A stretch of 64,000 nucleotides of DNA from Acetobacteraceae bacterium (GCA_019750465.1 JAIEOP010000050.1:2529-66528); one strand, 5' to 3'. Positions 17,519-27,931 are shown, counted from the stretch's first letter. The notes: generated by a model from the letters alone, not told the origin. Numbers and translations are program-made.

Positions 17519-18763
17519 ATGCACACCAACCACATATCGGTCAGCCACACTGCGCGCACCACGCGGCGCGGCCTGCTGCTCGCCTCGGGCTTCACGGCAG
17601 CCGGGCTCGCGCTGCCGGCGCTTGCGCAATCGGGGGAGCCGATCAAGCTCGGCATCGTCTTCCCGAAGCAGGGCACCTTCGCCCAACTCGGCGAGGGCGC
17701 GGCCAATGCGGCGGTGCTGACGCTGGAGATGGCCGGCGGCCGCATCCTCGGGCGGCCGGCGCAGACGACCTGGCTCGACGAGCCGAACCCGCAAACCGCG
17801 CAGCAGAACATGCAGAAGCTGGTGGACGAGGAGAAGGTCGCGGCCGTGCTCGGCGGGGCGAGCGGCGCCACCGCACTCGCGCTCTCGGCCCTCGCGCGCC
17901 GGACGAAGACGCCGCTAATCACGATCAGCGGTGCCGCGGTGCTGACCGGCAAGGACTGCAACCGCTACACCTTCCGCTCCAATGCGCCCGCGCCCGTGGC
18001 GGTCAGCGCGATCACGCCGGCGATGCTGGAGCGCGGCAAGCGCTGGTACTTCCTCATCACCGACTATGCGTATGGCCACGACGTCTACAATGCCTTCAAG
18101 GCGGCACTGGACGCGGCGGGCGGCACGCAGGTGGGCTACGACCGGATGCCCCTGGGCACGACCGATTTCAGCGCCTTCATCTTGAAGATCCGCCAGGCGC
18201 GTCCGGATGTGGTCGCCACCGCGCTGTCGGGCAACGAACTGCCGACCTTCCTGAAGCAGTATGCCGAGTTCGGCATGCGCAACGGCGCACCGGTCGTCAG
18301 CCCGATCATCACGGACACCGACAACGTCGCCGCCGGCCCGCAGGCGTCGGGCCTCTACGGCAAGGTCTGGCATCATTCCGATCCGAACAACTCGCCGGAG
18401 GACCGCGCCTTCACCGAGGCGTATCGCCGCAAGCACGGCGTGCCGCCGCATTCGAATGCGCTGCTCGCCGCCGTCTCCATGCGGCTGCTGCTGGCGGCGA
18501 TCCAGCAGGCGGGCTCCACCAGCCCGGAGGCTATCGTGCGCGGGCTGGAGACGGTGCGGCTGCAGGACGGCGCCTTTCCGCTCTACTTCCGCGAATGGGA
18601 CCACCAGCTCATGCGGCGGATCCTGGTCCTGCGCGTGCGCAACCAGGTCACCGATCTCTGGGATGCGCTTGAGATCGTCAAGCAGGTGCCCGAGACACCG
18701 GCGGGGCTTGATGCGCTCTATGGCACGCAGGCGCAGAGCGAGTGCCGCCTAGGCGAGGTCTGA
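17519..18763 (+). CDS. ABC transporter substrate-binding protein (LivK-like, type I periplasmic binding fold)
   Basis: ATG at 17519 is preceded by AAGGAGG. The signal region is 'RRGLLLASGFTAAGLALPALAQ', and the mature start 'PIKLGIVFPKQG' is typical. Confidence 0.85.
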   Translation: MHTNHISVSHTARTTRRGLLLASGFTAAGLALPALAQSGEPIKLGIVFPKQGTFAQLGEGAANAAVLTLEMAGGRILGRPAQTTWLDEPNPQTAQQNMQKLVDEEKVAAVLGGASGATALALSALARRTKTPLITISGAAVLTGKDCNRYTFRSNAPAPVAVSAITPAMLERGKRWYFLITDYAYGHDVYNAFKAALDAAGGTQVGYDRMPLGTTDFSAFILKIRQARPDVVATALSGNELPTFLKQYAEFGMRNGAPVVSPIITDTDNVAAGPQASGLYGKVWHHSDPNNSPEDRAFTEAYRRKHGVPPHSNALLAAVSMRLLLAAIQQAGSTSPEAIVRGLETVRLQDGAFPLYFREWDHQLMRRILVLRVRNQVTDLWDALEIVKQVPETPAGLDALYGTQAQSECRLGEV

Positions 18764-18780
18764 GCGGCAGCGCGACAGGG

Positions 18781-19560
18781 ATGATGCCGATGTACGACCT
18801 GGATGGCCGCACCGCGCTGGTCACCGGGGGCGGCGCGGGAATCGGCCGCGCGATCGCCTTGCGGCTGGCGGCGGAAGGTTGCGACATCGGCATCCTCGAC
18901 CTCGACCTTGCCGGCGCGGAGGCCACAGCGGCGGAGGCGCGGGCGCTCGGGCGGGCCGCGCATGCCGCGTCGGGCAACGTCGGAGAGCGGGCCTCGGCGG
19001 AAGCCGCCGTCGCGGCGCTCTCGGCGGCGCTCGGGCGCGTGGACATCCTGGTCAACAATGCCGGGATCCTGCGCACCTCGCCCTTCCTCGAGACGACGGA
19101 TGCGGAGTGGCGCGGCACCTTTGCCGTGAACCTCGACGGCGCCTTCCATTGCTGCCAGGCCGTGCTGCCGGGAATGGTGGCGCGGCGGGCCGGCGCGGTC
19201 GTCAACGTGGCGTCCTGGACCGGCAAGAAGGGCGTGCCGAACCACGCGGCCTACAGCGCCAGCAAGTTCGCGCTGATCGGCCTGACGCAGGCGATCGCAG
19301 GCGAGATGGCGGCACACGGCATCCGCGTGAACGCCGTCTGCCCCGGCATCATCGTCGAGACGCGGATGCGGGAGGAGGCGGAGGAGCGCAACCGCGCCCA
19401 GGGCTTGCCCGATGTCGCGACGCGCCTGGCGTCCATCCCGCTCCGGCGCGCCGGCTACCCCGAGGATGTCGCGAACCTCGTGGCCTTCCTGGCCTCGGAC
19501 CAGGCGGCTTACATGACCGGGCAAGCGGTCAACGTGACGGGTGGGCTCTGGATGGGCTGA
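18781..19560 (+). CDS. SDR-family oxidoreductase (FabG-like)
   Basis: 'ALVTGGGAGIGRA', 'NNAG' and the catalytic 'YSASKFAL' motif. Confidence 0.85.
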   Translation: MMPMYDLDGRTALVTGGGAGIGRAIALRLAAEGCDIGILDLDLAGAEATAAEARALGRAAHAASGNVGERASAEAAVAALSAALGRVDILVNNAGILRTSPFLETTDAEWRGTFAVNLDGAFHCCQAVLPGMVARRAGAVVNVASWTGKKGVPNHAAYSASKFALIGLTQAIAGEMAAHGIRVNAVCPGIIVETRMREEAEERNRAQGLPDVATRLASIPLRRAGYPEDVANLVAFLASDQAAYMTGQAVNVTGGLWMG

Positions 19561-19567
19561 CGGCGGC

Positions 19568-19604
19568 TTGCATTCTGACGGGACGTAAGTGATACTTGTG
19601 AGTA
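19568..19604 (+). promoter_or_regulatory. candidate promoter (TTGCAT, 17 nt, GATACT) with box TACTTGTGAGTA (19593-19604)
   Basis: Lies upstream of the first Bug/TctC gene. Box copy 2 of 6. Confidence 0.45.
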
Positions 19605-19643
19605 AGGCTGCGGCACGGACCCGCAGCCATCCGGAGGATCGCC

Positions 19644-20639
19644 ATGAATGCCAAGCTGAGCCGGCGCGTCGCGCTGGGCGTTGCGCTGCTCCCCCTGCTG
19701 GCGCGGCCCGGGCTTGCGCAAGGTGCCGCCTGGCGGCCCAACCGCCCGGTCCGCATGGTGGTGCCAACCGCCGCGGCCGGCGCGAACGACGTGATGGCGC
19801 GCATCGCCGCGCAGCACCTCGCATCCCGTCTCGGCCAGCCCGTCGTGGTGGACAACAAGGCTGGTGCCGGCGGCACGATCGGCACGATGGACGTGGTGCG
19901 CTCGCCGCCCGATGGCCACACGCTGCTGATGGGCAACATCGGCGCGCAGAGCATCGCCTATTCGCTGGCGCGCAACATGCCCTATGGGCCGGAAGACCTG
20001 CTGCCGGTCACCAACATGTTCACCACGCCGCATGTGCTGGTGGTGCATCCCGCGGTCCCGGCGACGACCGTGCCGGAATTCGTCGCGCTGCTGCGTGCCA
20101 ACCCCGAAAAGTACAGCAACGGCACGCCGGGGATCGGCCAGTCGCCGCATCTTGCCGCCGTGTGGTTCAACCAGATCGCGCAGACGAAGACCGTGGCGGT
20201 GCACTACCGCGGCACCGCGCCGGCGAACACGGACCTGATGGCGGGCAACGTCCAATTCGTCTTCGACCTGATCGCCAACCACGTGGAGGCCATCCGTGTC
20301 GGCCGCGTACGCGCGCTTGCGGTGACCGGCGAGGAGCGCAGCCCCCTGATGCCGGAGCTGCCGACGATGCGCGAGGCGATGCCGGAGTTCGCCAACTTCT
20401 CCACGGGCAGCTGGATCGGCCTGTTGGTACCCAAGGGCACGCCGGAGGAGGTGATCCGCACCCTGAACGCGGAGATGAAGGATCTGCTAACCTCGCCCGA
20501 GACCGCGCAGCGCTTTCTCGCCCTCGGCGGCAAGCCGGACTACGGGACGCCCGACCAGTTCGGCGCCTTCCTGCGCCGCGAGATCGCGAAATGGGCCGAG
20601 GTGATACAGCGCGAGGGGCTGCAGGTAGACCTCACCTGA
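19644..20639 (+). CDS. Bug/TctC-family tripartite tricarboxylate transporter substrate-binding protein
   Basis: Signal peptide, then 'RPVRMVVPTAAAGANDVMARI' and 'VVDNKAGAGGTIG', which are typical Bug-family motifs. Confidence 0.85.
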   Translation: MNAKLSRRVALGVALLPLLARPGLAQGAAWRPNRPVRMVVPTAAAGANDVMARIAAQHLASRLGQPVVVDNKAGAGGTIGTMDVVRSPPDGHTLLMGNIGAQSIAYSLARNMPYGPEDLLPVTNMFTTPHVLVVHPAVPATTVPEFVALLRANPEKYSNGTPGIGQSPHLAAVWFNQIAQTKTVAVHYRGTAPANTDLMAGNVQFVFDLIANHVEAIRVGRVRALAVTGEERSPLMPELPTMREAMPEFANFSTGSWIGLLVPKGTPEEVIRTLNAEMKDLLTSPETAQRFLALGGKPDYGTPDQFGAFLRREIAKWAEVIQREGLQVDLT

Positions 20640-21807
20640 TCCGCCGCAGCCATCCCGGACCGAGTTCCGCGAGGCGCTGGACGCCCAGCATCGCCATGTC
20701 GCGGTCCACCTCCTGCCGCAGCAGCAGCGCGGCATGCGCCACGCCGGCCTCGCCGCCAAGCGCCGCGGCATACAGGAAGGGGCGTCCGACGAAGACGCCG
20801 TGCGCGCCGAGGCAGAGCGCCTTCAGCACGTCGCTTCCGCGCCGGATGCCGCCATCCAGCATCAACGTCATGCCGCCTGCCTCCGCCGCCACTTCGGGCA
20901 GGGCCCGCAACGCGGACGGCACGCCGTCGAGCTGGCGGCCGCCATGGTTCGAGAGGATCACGCCATCCACCCCGTTCTCCCGCGCGATCCGCGCATCGGC
21001 GGCCTCCATCAGACCCTTCACGACCAGGCGGCCGGACCAGAGGCGCCGCACCATCGCGAGATGCTGCCAGGACAGATGATCGCGCTGCAGGAACTGCGCC
21101 GCGACGTTGCGCGCGATCAGAGGAAGGCCGCGGGCCGGGCCATAATTCTCGAAGTGCGGCATGCCGTGACGCCAGAGCGTCCGCAGCAGGGTGAAGAGGC
21201 TCCAGCGTGGCCTGGCGAGCCCGTCGAGCGCGAGACGCAGGCTCGGGCGCAGCGGAGTGACGAAGCCGGCGCGCAGATTGTTCTCGCGATTGGCGGCGAC
21301 CGGCACGTCCACGGTCACGACCAGCGTGCCGAAGCCGCAATCGGCCGCGCGGCGCACCAGCGCGGCCATCCGCTCGGGATCGCCGAGCAGGTAGGCCTGG
21401 AACCAGGCAGCGGGATTGGCCCGGATCAGCTCCTCCATGCGGATCAGCGAGGCGCCGCTCACCATCATGGGGATCCCCATCCGCGCCGCGGCGCGAGCAA
21501 GGACGAGGTCGCCGCGAAAGGCGACGAGCGAGGAGAAGCCCATCGGCGCGATGCCGAACGGCGCAGTGAAGCGCTGGCCGAACAGCGCAGTCTCCTGGCT
21601 GCGGCCCGAGACGTCCACCAGCACGCGTGGCCGGAAGCCCCACTCGGCGAAGGCGTCGCGATTGTCGCGGCGAGACCAGTCCGTCTCCGCGCCGCCGGCG
21701 ACATAGCCGAAAATGGGCCGCGGCAAGTGGCGCCGCGCGGCGGGTTCCATGTCTTCCAGCGACAGGATACGGCGCATGCGGCGCGGGACGGAAGGCTCAG
21801 TGGACAT
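20632..21807 (-). CDS. FMN-dependent alpha-hydroxy acid dehydrogenase/oxidase (LldD / glycolate oxidase family)
   Basis: 'SLEDMEPAARRHLPRPIFGYVAGGAE' and the active-site region 'GVILSNHGGRQLDG'. The start is uncertain (21846, 21807 or 21777). Confidence 0.85.
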   Translation of the reverse strand: MSTEPSVPRRMRRILSLEDMEPAARRHLPRPIFGYVAGGAETDWSRRDNRDAFAEWGFRPRVLVDVSGRSQETALFGQRFTAPFGIAPMGFSSLVAFRGDLVLARAAARMGIPMMVSGASLIRMEELIRANPAAWFQAYLLGDPERMAALVRRAADCGFGTLVVTVDVPVAANRENNLRAGFVTPLRPSLRLALDGLARPRWSLFTLLRTLWRHGMPHFENYGPARGLPLIARNVAAQFLQRDHLSWQHLAMVRRLWSGRLVVKGLMEAADARIARENGVDGVILSNHGGRQLDGVPSALRALPEVAAEAGGMTLMLDGGIRRGSDVLKALCLGAHGVFVGRPFLYAAALGGEAGVAHAALLLRQEVDRDMAMLGVQRLAELGPGWLRRIR

Positions 21808-21838
21808 GGCTGACGGCAAGGACCGGGGAGAGCGCGCG

Positions 21839-22882
21839 ATGTGCATCGCGATCGTCGGGGCCGGTGCGGTCGGCGGCTATATCGGCGCGCATCTGGCGCG
21901 CGCCGGCCGCGACGTCGTGCTGATCGATGGCTGGCCGGAGCATGTCGAGGCGATGCGCCGCGACGGGCTGCGGATCACGGCGATGGAGCCCGATGGCTGC
22001 TTCACCGTCCGCGTGCGCGCGCTGCACCTCTCCGACGTGCCGCAACTCGCCTGGGAGAGGCCGTTCGACACCGCCTTCATCGCCGTGAAGACCTACGACA
22101 CGGCCTGGGCGACGGCGCTGATCCTGCCCTACCTGGCGCCGACGGGCTTTCTCGTCTCCGCGCAGAACAGCATCAACGAGGATCGCATCGCGGCACTGGC
22201 GGGCTGGACGCGCGTGCTCGGCTGCTCGGTCGGCCTGCACTCGGCCGAGCTGGTCGGGCCGGCGCATGTCGAGCGCAACTCGCTGCGGGGCGATCCGGTG
22301 CGCATCGGCATGAAAGTCGGCGAGCCGCACGGCCGCGTCACGCGGCGGGCCGAGGCGGTGGCGGCGATGCTGTCGCTCGGCGACAGCGCGGTGGTGACCA
22401 CGAACCTCTGGGGTGACCGCTGGTCGAAGCTGGTCATCAACGCCATGCGCAACGCGACATGCGCGATGACGGGCCTCTCGAGCAAGGAACGCGACCGGGA
22501 CGAGCCGGTCCGCCGGCAGTCCATCCGGCTCGGCAGCCAGGCGGTACGGGTCGGTCGCGCCCTCGGCCTCGCACTGGAACCGATGAGCGGCCTCGACCTC
22601 GACCTGCTGGCCGGCGCCGAGCACGACGCGGCGGCGATGGCAGCGCTGGAGGCGCAGATCCTGGCGGTGAACGCGACGCGCAGCGATGCCGCGCGGCCCT
22701 CGATGGGGCAGGACATCCGCAAGGGCCGGCGCACGGAGACGGAGGCGATCAACGGTCTCGTTGCGCGGCGCGGGGAGGAGGTGGGCGTGGATGCAGGCCT
22801 GCACGCCCGGGTGGATGCGCTGATGCGCCGCATCGAGGCGGGCGAGATTCGGCCCGCGCGCGAGCACGCGCTGGGGCTGTAG
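21839..22882 (+). CDS. ketopantoate reductase (PanE/ApbA) family oxidoreductase
   Basis: The Rossmann N-terminus 'MCIAIVGAGAVGGYIGAHLARAGRDVVLI'. The alternative start is at 21806. Confidence 0.75.
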   Translation: MCIAIVGAGAVGGYIGAHLARAGRDVVLIDGWPEHVEAMRRDGLRITAMEPDGCFTVRVRALHLSDVPQLAWERPFDTAFIAVKTYDTAWATALILPYLAPTGFLVSAQNSINEDRIAALAGWTRVLGCSVGLHSAELVGPAHVERNSLRGDPVRIGMKVGEPHGRVTRRAEAVAAMLSLGDSAVVTTNLWGDRWSKLVINAMRNATCAMTGLSSKERDRDEPVRRQSIRLGSQAVRVGRALGLALEPMSGLDLDLLAGAEHDAAAMAALEAQILAVNATRSDAARPSMGQDIRKGRRTETEAINGLVARRGEEVGVDAGLHARVDALMRRIEAGEIRPAREHALGL

Positions 22883-22887
22883 CGCCC

Positions 22888-23295
22888 TCACGGCTGGCCC
22901 AGGATCTTCCAGATGCCGCTGGCGGAGAGGATGGCCTTGCCGTCCGCGGTCAGCTCGCCACGCAGGAAAACGACGGAGCGGGTCCGCCGCACCACCGCGG
23001 CGCGGGCCTCGATGAACTGGCCCGGCCGTCCGGCCGCGACGTAGTGCAGGTCGAGCTGGATCGTCGCGACCCGGCCGCCTGCGGCCAGGCGCGCGACCCG
23101 GCCGATCGTGTGGTCCATGTAGGTCGCGAGGATGCCGCCATGGACCATGCCGTGGCCGTTCGCCTGTGCCTCCGACGTCTCGAAGCCGTAGGCGAAGCCC
23201 TCGCTCTCCGGCTTGAGCCAGTGGGCCAGCATGACCTTCGGCAAGGCGGGGTCGTCGAAACGCTGCCAGCCCTGGGATTCGGGATCGAAGCTCAT
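22888..23295 (-). CDS. PaaI-family hotdog-fold thioesterase
   Basis: 135 aa with 'MVHGGILATYMDHTIG', typical of PaaI-type thioesterases. Overlaps the upstream gene by 4 nt. Confidence 0.75.
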   Translation of the reverse strand: MSFDPESQGWQRFDDPALPKVMLAHWLKPESEGFAYGFETSEAQANGHGMVHGGILATYMDHTIGRVARLAAGGRVATIQLDLHYVAAGRPGQFIEARAAVVRRTRSVVFLRGELTADGKAILSASGIWKILGQP

Positions 23296-24950
23296 GACGG
23301 GCGCGCCTTCGCGTAAGCGCCATAGGCCGGCACCGGGCCGATCGCACGCATGTCCACCTCGACCAGAGTGGGACCGGGCGTTGCGAGCGCGCGCGCGACG
23401 GTCTCGCCGAAAGCCTCGGCGCGGTCCACGCGCCAGGCGGGCATGCCGGCCAGCGCGGCGAGGCCCAACAGGTCGGGGTGGCGCAATTCGCCGAAGTAGC
23501 GACGGCCGTCCTGGAAGGCGTCCTGGATATGGCCGATGGCGGCGTAGATGCCGTCGTTCATGACAATGACGCAGATCTCGGCGCGTTCCTGCGCCGCGGT
23601 CCAGAGCTCCGTCATGTTCATGGCGAAGCCGCCATCGCCGGCGAGCATGACCGTCTTGCGGCCCTGCGGCCCGGCAGCCAGCGCGGCGCCGATGCCGAAG
23701 GGAAGCCCCGGGCCGATCGCGGCGCCGACGGGATGGATGGAGTCGCGTGGTCCGTAGACCGGCATCAGGCGATGCGCCCAGGTGGCCCCGGCCACCGTCG
23801 CGTCGCGCACCCAGAGGGCATCGCGCGGCATGGCGCGGCGGAGCTGTGCCGGAAAGTCGGCGTAGGGGCCGAGGCTGACGCGGTAGGCCTCCGCCGCCTC
23901 CGCCCGCGTGCGGGCGAGGTCCGCGCCGAAGCCGGGATCCACCGCGATGCGCCCGCGCAGCCGCTGCGCCAGTCCGCCGAGCACCACCGCGGCGTCGCCT
24001 GCGAGAAACTGCGCCGAGGGATAGGTGCGGCCGCTCGCGCGCGGATCGACGTCGACCTGCAGCAGGGTGCGCGGCAGCTTCAGCGCGCCATCCAATGTCT
24101 CGTGCCCGCGCAGGCGGGAGCCGACGATGAGCATCGCATCCACGGTCCCGTAGAACGCCTCAATTGCCGGCGAGCCATTGCCGTGCAGAGCGCCGAAGCT
24201 CCGCGGATGGTCCTCCGGCACCGTGCCGCGCCCGTTCCAGGAACTGACGGCGCCGAAGCCGAGATCGAGCAGCGTGAGCGCCTCGGCGCCCGCTGCCTTG
24301 GCGCCGTTGCCGAGCCAGAGCATCGGGCGCTTCGCGCCCGCCAGCGTCTCCGCCGCGGCGTCCAGTTCCGCCCCGGCGGGCGGGGATGCCGGGCGGATCG
24401 GCAGTACCAGCCGGTCCAGCGCGGCGGGGCGCGCCACCGCGGCGCGCTGCAGGTCGGTGGGGATCTCGATGGTGACGGGGCCGGTGGGCGCGGAGAGCGC
24501 ATCGGATGCCGCGGCGAGCAGCGCACCGAACGCCTCTTCGGCGACGCGGATGCGATGGACGGATTTGCAGACGGAAGCGAGCATCTCGCCCTGGGTCGGC
24601 ACGTCATGCACGGCACCGGTGTCGCGGCCGAGGAAGCGGGTCGCCGTCTGCCCGGTGATGTGCAGCATCGGGCTGCCGGCGAAGCGGGCTTCCAGCAGCG
24701 CGGAGACGGCGTTGGCCGCGCCCGGCCCGGTGCTGGTGACCAGCACGCCGAGCCCGCCCGAGGCGCGCGCATAGGCATCCGCCATGTGGCCGCCGCCCAT
24801 CTCGCCGCGTGCAGGGATGAAGCGGATCGCGTTGCGGCGCCCGATCGCATCCAGGATCGGGATGTTGTGGATCGAGACGATGCCGAAGGCGGTGGTGACG
24901 CCTGCGGCGTCCAGAAACTCCGCGACCAGATCGCCCACGGTGTAGGACAT
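23292..24950 (-). CDS. thiamine-diphosphate-dependent enzyme (acetolactate synthase large-subunit-like)
   Basis: ATG at 24950 ('MSYTVGDLVAEFL'). Motifs 'LVTSTGPGAANA' and the ThDP-binding 'GDGGFAMNMTEL...VIVMNDG'. Confidence 0.85.
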   Translation of the reverse strand: MSYTVGDLVAEFLDAAGVTTAFGIVSIHNIPILDAIGRRNAIRFIPARGEMGGGHMADAYARASGGLGVLVTSTGPGAANAVSALLEARFAGSPMLHITGQTATRFLGRDTGAVHDVPTQGEMLASVCKSVHRIRVAEEAFGALLAAASDALSAPTGPVTIEIPTDLQRAAVARPAALDRLVLPIRPASPPAGAELDAAAETLAGAKRPMLWLGNGAKAAGAEALTLLDLGFGAVSSWNGRGTVPEDHPRSFGALHGNGSPAIEAFYGTVDAMLIVGSRLRGHETLDGALKLPRTLLQVDVDPRASGRTYPSAQFLAGDAAVVLGGLAQRLRGRIAVDPGFGADLARTRAEAAEAYRVSLGPYADFPAQLRRAMPRDALWVRDATVAGATWAHRLMPVYGPRDSIHPVGAAIGPGLPFGIGAALAAGPQGRKTVMLAGDGGFAMNMTELWTAAQERAEICVIVMNDGIYAAIGHIQDAFQDGRRYFGELRHPDLLGLAALAGMPAWRVDRAEAFGETVARALATPGPTLVEVDMRAIGPVPAYGAYAKARPS

Positions 24951-24992
24951 GCGTTTCCTCCGTCGCGCGTCGGATTCCTGCTCGCCTAGGAA

Positions 24993-25006
24993 CCTACTAA
25001 TGGGTA
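24993..25006 (+). promoter_or_regulatory. box TACTAATGGGTA (24995-25006) with -10-like CCTACT
   Basis: Lies in the divergent ThDP-enzyme / TctC intergenic region. Box copy 3 of 6. I saw no convincing -35 element. Confidence 0.35.
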
Positions 25007-25061
25007 TGCTCCGCTCCGAAGCGGTGTGCAAGCGGCAGCTCCGCAATGGGAAGGAAACGAC

Positions 25062-26042
25062 ATGATGGACAGACGAGGTCTGCTGGCCGCCGGCCTTGCC
25101 GCGGGGCTGGCGCTTCCACGGGTGGGCGCGGCCCAGACGGCCTGGCCCGCGCGGCCGGTGCGGATCATCAACCCCTTCGCGCCCGGCGCCTCGCACGACG
25201 TCCTGGTGCGCATCCTGGGCGAGCAGATGCAGCAGCGGCTCGGCCAGCCCTTCGTGTCCGAGAACCGCACCGGCGCGGGCGGCAGCATCGGCACGGAGGT
25301 CGCGGCGCGCGCGCCGGCGGATGGCTACAGCATCTACGCCGCGACGATCGGCACGCTGACCATCAACCAGCATCTCTATGCCCGGCTGCCCTACGACCCC
25401 GAGCGCGACTTCGTTCCGGCGACGCTGATCTGGGAGGGCGCGAACTGCTTGTTCGTCTCCGCCGAGAAGAACCCGGCGCGCACGCTGCGCGAGTTCATCG
25501 ATTGGGCGAAGGCGCAGCGGCGGGAGCTGACCTTCAGCTCCGCCGGCGCAGGCACCACGCCGCATCTGGCGGGCGAGATGTTCAAGGCGCGGATCGGCGT
25601 CACGGCGCAGCACGTGCCGTACCGCGAGGGCTCGCAGCGCGTGCTGGACCTGGTGAGCGGCGCGCTGGATTTCTCCGTGGACAACGTCGCGACCTACACC
25701 GCCCTGCACCGGGAGGGAAAGCTGCGCGCGATCGCCGTCGCCTCCGCCGAGCGATGGCCGACGCTGCCGGAGGTGCCGACCATGGAGGAGGCGGGGCTCG
25801 CCGATTTCGTCGTGCCGAGCTGGGGCGCCTTCGCCTTCCCGACCGGGACGCCGGCGCCGATCGTCGCGAAGCTGGCGGAGGAGGTGCGGGACATCAACGC
25901 CGACCCGGCGGTGCAGCGGCGGTTCCTCGCGGCGGGCGGCCGGGCCGTGAGCTCCACGCCCGAGGAGACGGCGCGCTTCGTCGCGGCGGAGCGCCGGCGC
26001 TGGGGCGAGGTGGTGCGCTCCGCCGGTATCCGGATCGAGTGA
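25062..26042 (+). CDS. Bug/TctC-family substrate-binding protein
   Basis: 'RRGLLAAGLAAGLALPRVGAAQ' signal, then 'RPVRIINPFAPGASHDV' and 'ENRTGAGGSIG'. Confidence 0.85.
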   Translation: MMDRRGLLAAGLAAGLALPRVGAAQTAWPARPVRIINPFAPGASHDVLVRILGEQMQQRLGQPFVSENRTGAGGSIGTEVAARAPADGYSIYAATIGTLTINQHLYARLPYDPERDFVPATLIWEGANCLFVSAEKNPARTLREFIDWAKAQRRELTFSSAGAGTTPHLAGEMFKARIGVTAQHVPYREGSQRVLDLVSGALDFSVDNVATYTALHREGKLRAIAVASAERWPTLPEVPTMEEAGLADFVVPSWGAFAFPTGTPAPIVAKLAEEVRDINADPAVQRRFLAAGGRAVSSTPEETARFVAAERRRWGEVVRSAGIRIE

Positions 26043-26045
26043 CGG

Positions 26046-26810
26046 TCAGGCGCCCGTCCAGCGCGCCGGGCGCCGCTCGGCGAAGGCGGCCGCGCCTTCC
26101 TTCGCGTCGGCGGAGGCGAGCACCGGGCCGGTGATCGCCTGCTGGCGCGCGAACATCTCCTCGAGCGGCCAGTCCCGGCTCTCGACCATCACGCGCTTGC
26201 TGGCGGCGATGGACAGCGGCGCGTTGGCGACGATGCGGCGCGCCAGGCGGATGGCGGCGTCCAGCGCCTGGCCCGGTTCGACCAGCTCGTTCACCAGGCC
26301 GAAGCGCTCGAGGCGCCCGGCGGTGACCATGTCGCCGGTCAGCGCGAGCTCCATCGCGATGCGGGGCGGGATCAGGCGCGGCAGGCGCAGCAGGCCACCG
26401 GCGGCCGCGGCCAGGCCGCGCTTGGCTTCCGGCAGCCCGAACTTCGCGTCGCGCGCGGCGACCAGCAGATCGCAGGCCAGCACGGCCTCGAACCCGCCGG
26501 CGAGCGCATAGCCTTCGACAGCCGCGATCAGCGGCTTGCGGGGCGGGGTCATGGCGATGCCAAGGATGCCGCGGCCCTCCACCCGCGTGACCTCGCCGCG
26601 CAGGAAGGCCTTGAGGTCCATGCCCGCGCAGAAATTGCCGCCGGCACCGGTCAGGATGCCGACCTGCAGGTCGTCGCGCGCGTCCATCTCGTCCACCGCG
26701 GCGCAGACGCCGTAGGAGACAGCGCGGTTGACGGCGTTGCGCTGGTCCGGGCGGTTGATCGTGATGATCTGGATGCCGTCTTCCTGACGGACCAGCACCT
26801 CCCCGGTCAT
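26046..26810 (-). CDS. enoyl-CoA hydratase/isomerase (crotonase) family protein
   Basis: 254 aa with 'ITINRPDQRNAV' and 'GAGGNFCAGMDLK'. Overlaps the upstream gene by 4 nt. Confidence 0.85.
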   Translation of the reverse strand: MTGEVLVRQEDGIQIITINRPDQRNAVNRAVSYGVCAAVDEMDARDDLQVGILTGAGGNFCAGMDLKAFLRGEVTRVEGRGILGIAMTPPRKPLIAAVEGYALAGGFEAVLACDLLVAARDAKFGLPEAKRGLAAAAGGLLRLPRLIPPRIAMELALTGDMVTAGRLERFGLVNELVEPGQALDAAIRLARRIVANAPLSIAASKRVMVESRDWPLEEMFARQQAITGPVLASADAKEGAAAFAERRPARWTGA

Positions 26811-27928
26811 TCGGCCTCCGCGATCGTCATCATGCGTTCCATCGCGACGAGGTATTCGGTCTGCAGGCGCAGCATCACCTCGCGCACCGAGGTCTCCTCG
26901 TTGACCGAGGTGACGGACTGGCCGACCGGGAAGGAGTAGAGGTCGCGACGCTGCGCGCGTACCACGCGGGCGTGCATCTCGTTGTAGAGGATGCCCTGCA
27001 GGGGCGTGGGGAGGTAGGGCGGCGCGCCGGGCTGCTCCCACGCCTCGGAAAGCTTGCTCCGGATCATGCGGACGGTCTTGCCGGTGCGGGCCTTCCGGCG
27101 CACAGCGTCCTCCGCGCGGGCGGCGAAGACGGCATCCTTCTCGAAGGGGGTCAGCTCGCTCTCGCGCGTGCCGAGCCAGATCGTGCCGGTCCAGACGCCT
27201 TCGGCGCCGAGCGCCAGCGCGGCCGCGATCTGGCTGCCGCGGCTGATGCCGCCGGCGGCGAGGACGGGGATGTCGGGACAGGCCTCGACGACCTGGGGCA
27301 CCAGCACCAGCGTCGCGATGTCGCCGGTATGGCCGCCGGCCTCGGTGCCCTGGGCAATGATCAGCTCCACGCCGGCCGCCTTCTGCCGCAGCGCATGCGC
27401 TGCCTTGCCGCAGAGCGCGCCGATCATCACGGTGCGTGCCTTCAGGCGCTCCACCACGTCCGGCGGCGGCGCGCCGAGCGCGCTGACGACGAGCGTCACC
27501 AGCGGATGGGTCAGCGTGACGTCGAGGAGGCGCCTGGCCCCGTCGGGCGTCATCGCGCCGCGTCCCGTGACGATCTCCTTGTGGACGCGCTCCCGCTCGT
27601 CGGGCGGCAGCTCCGGCACGCCTTCCTTCGCGAGGATGCCCTGCATGAAGTCGCGGTGCTGAGCGGGGATCAGCTTCTCCGGCGCCTCCTGCGTCTCCGC
27701 CTCGCGGTCGTAGGTCGTCGGGATGATGATGTCCACGCCATAGGGCCGGCCGCCGACATGGTCGTCGATCCAGCGCAGCTCCTGTTCGAGATGTTCCGGC
27801 GGGAAGGTGGACGCGCCGAGCACGCCGAAGCCGCCGGCCTTCGTCACCTCCACCACCACGTCGCGACAGTGGGAGAAGGCGAAGATCGGCACGTCGCAGC
27901 CCAGCCGCCTTGCGATCGGTGTGCGCAT
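26807..27928 (-). CDS. nitronate monooxygenase (NMO) family flavin oxidoreductase
   Basis: 'CDVPIFAFSHCRDVVVEVTKAGGFGVLGA' and 'IIAQGTEAGGHTGDI', typical of NMO-type FMN enzymes. Confidence 0.8.
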   Translation of the reverse strand: MRTPIARRLGCDVPIFAFSHCRDVVVEVTKAGGFGVLGASTFPPEHLEQELRWIDDHVGGRPYGVDIIIPTTYDREAETQEAPEKLIPAQHRDFMQGILAKEGVPELPPDERERVHKEIVTGRGAMTPDGARRLLDVTLTHPLVTLVVSALGAPPPDVVERLKARTVMIGALCGKAAHALRQKAAGVELIIAQGTEAGGHTGDIATLVLVPQVVEACPDIPVLAAGGISRGSQIAAALALGAEGVWTGTIWLGTRESELTPFEKDAVFAARAEDAVRRKARTGKTVRMIRSKLSEAWEQPGAPPYLPTPLQGILYNEMHARVVRAQRRDLYSFPVGQSVTSVNEETSVREVMLRLQTEYLVAMERMMTIAEAE

Positions 27929-27931
27929 CGC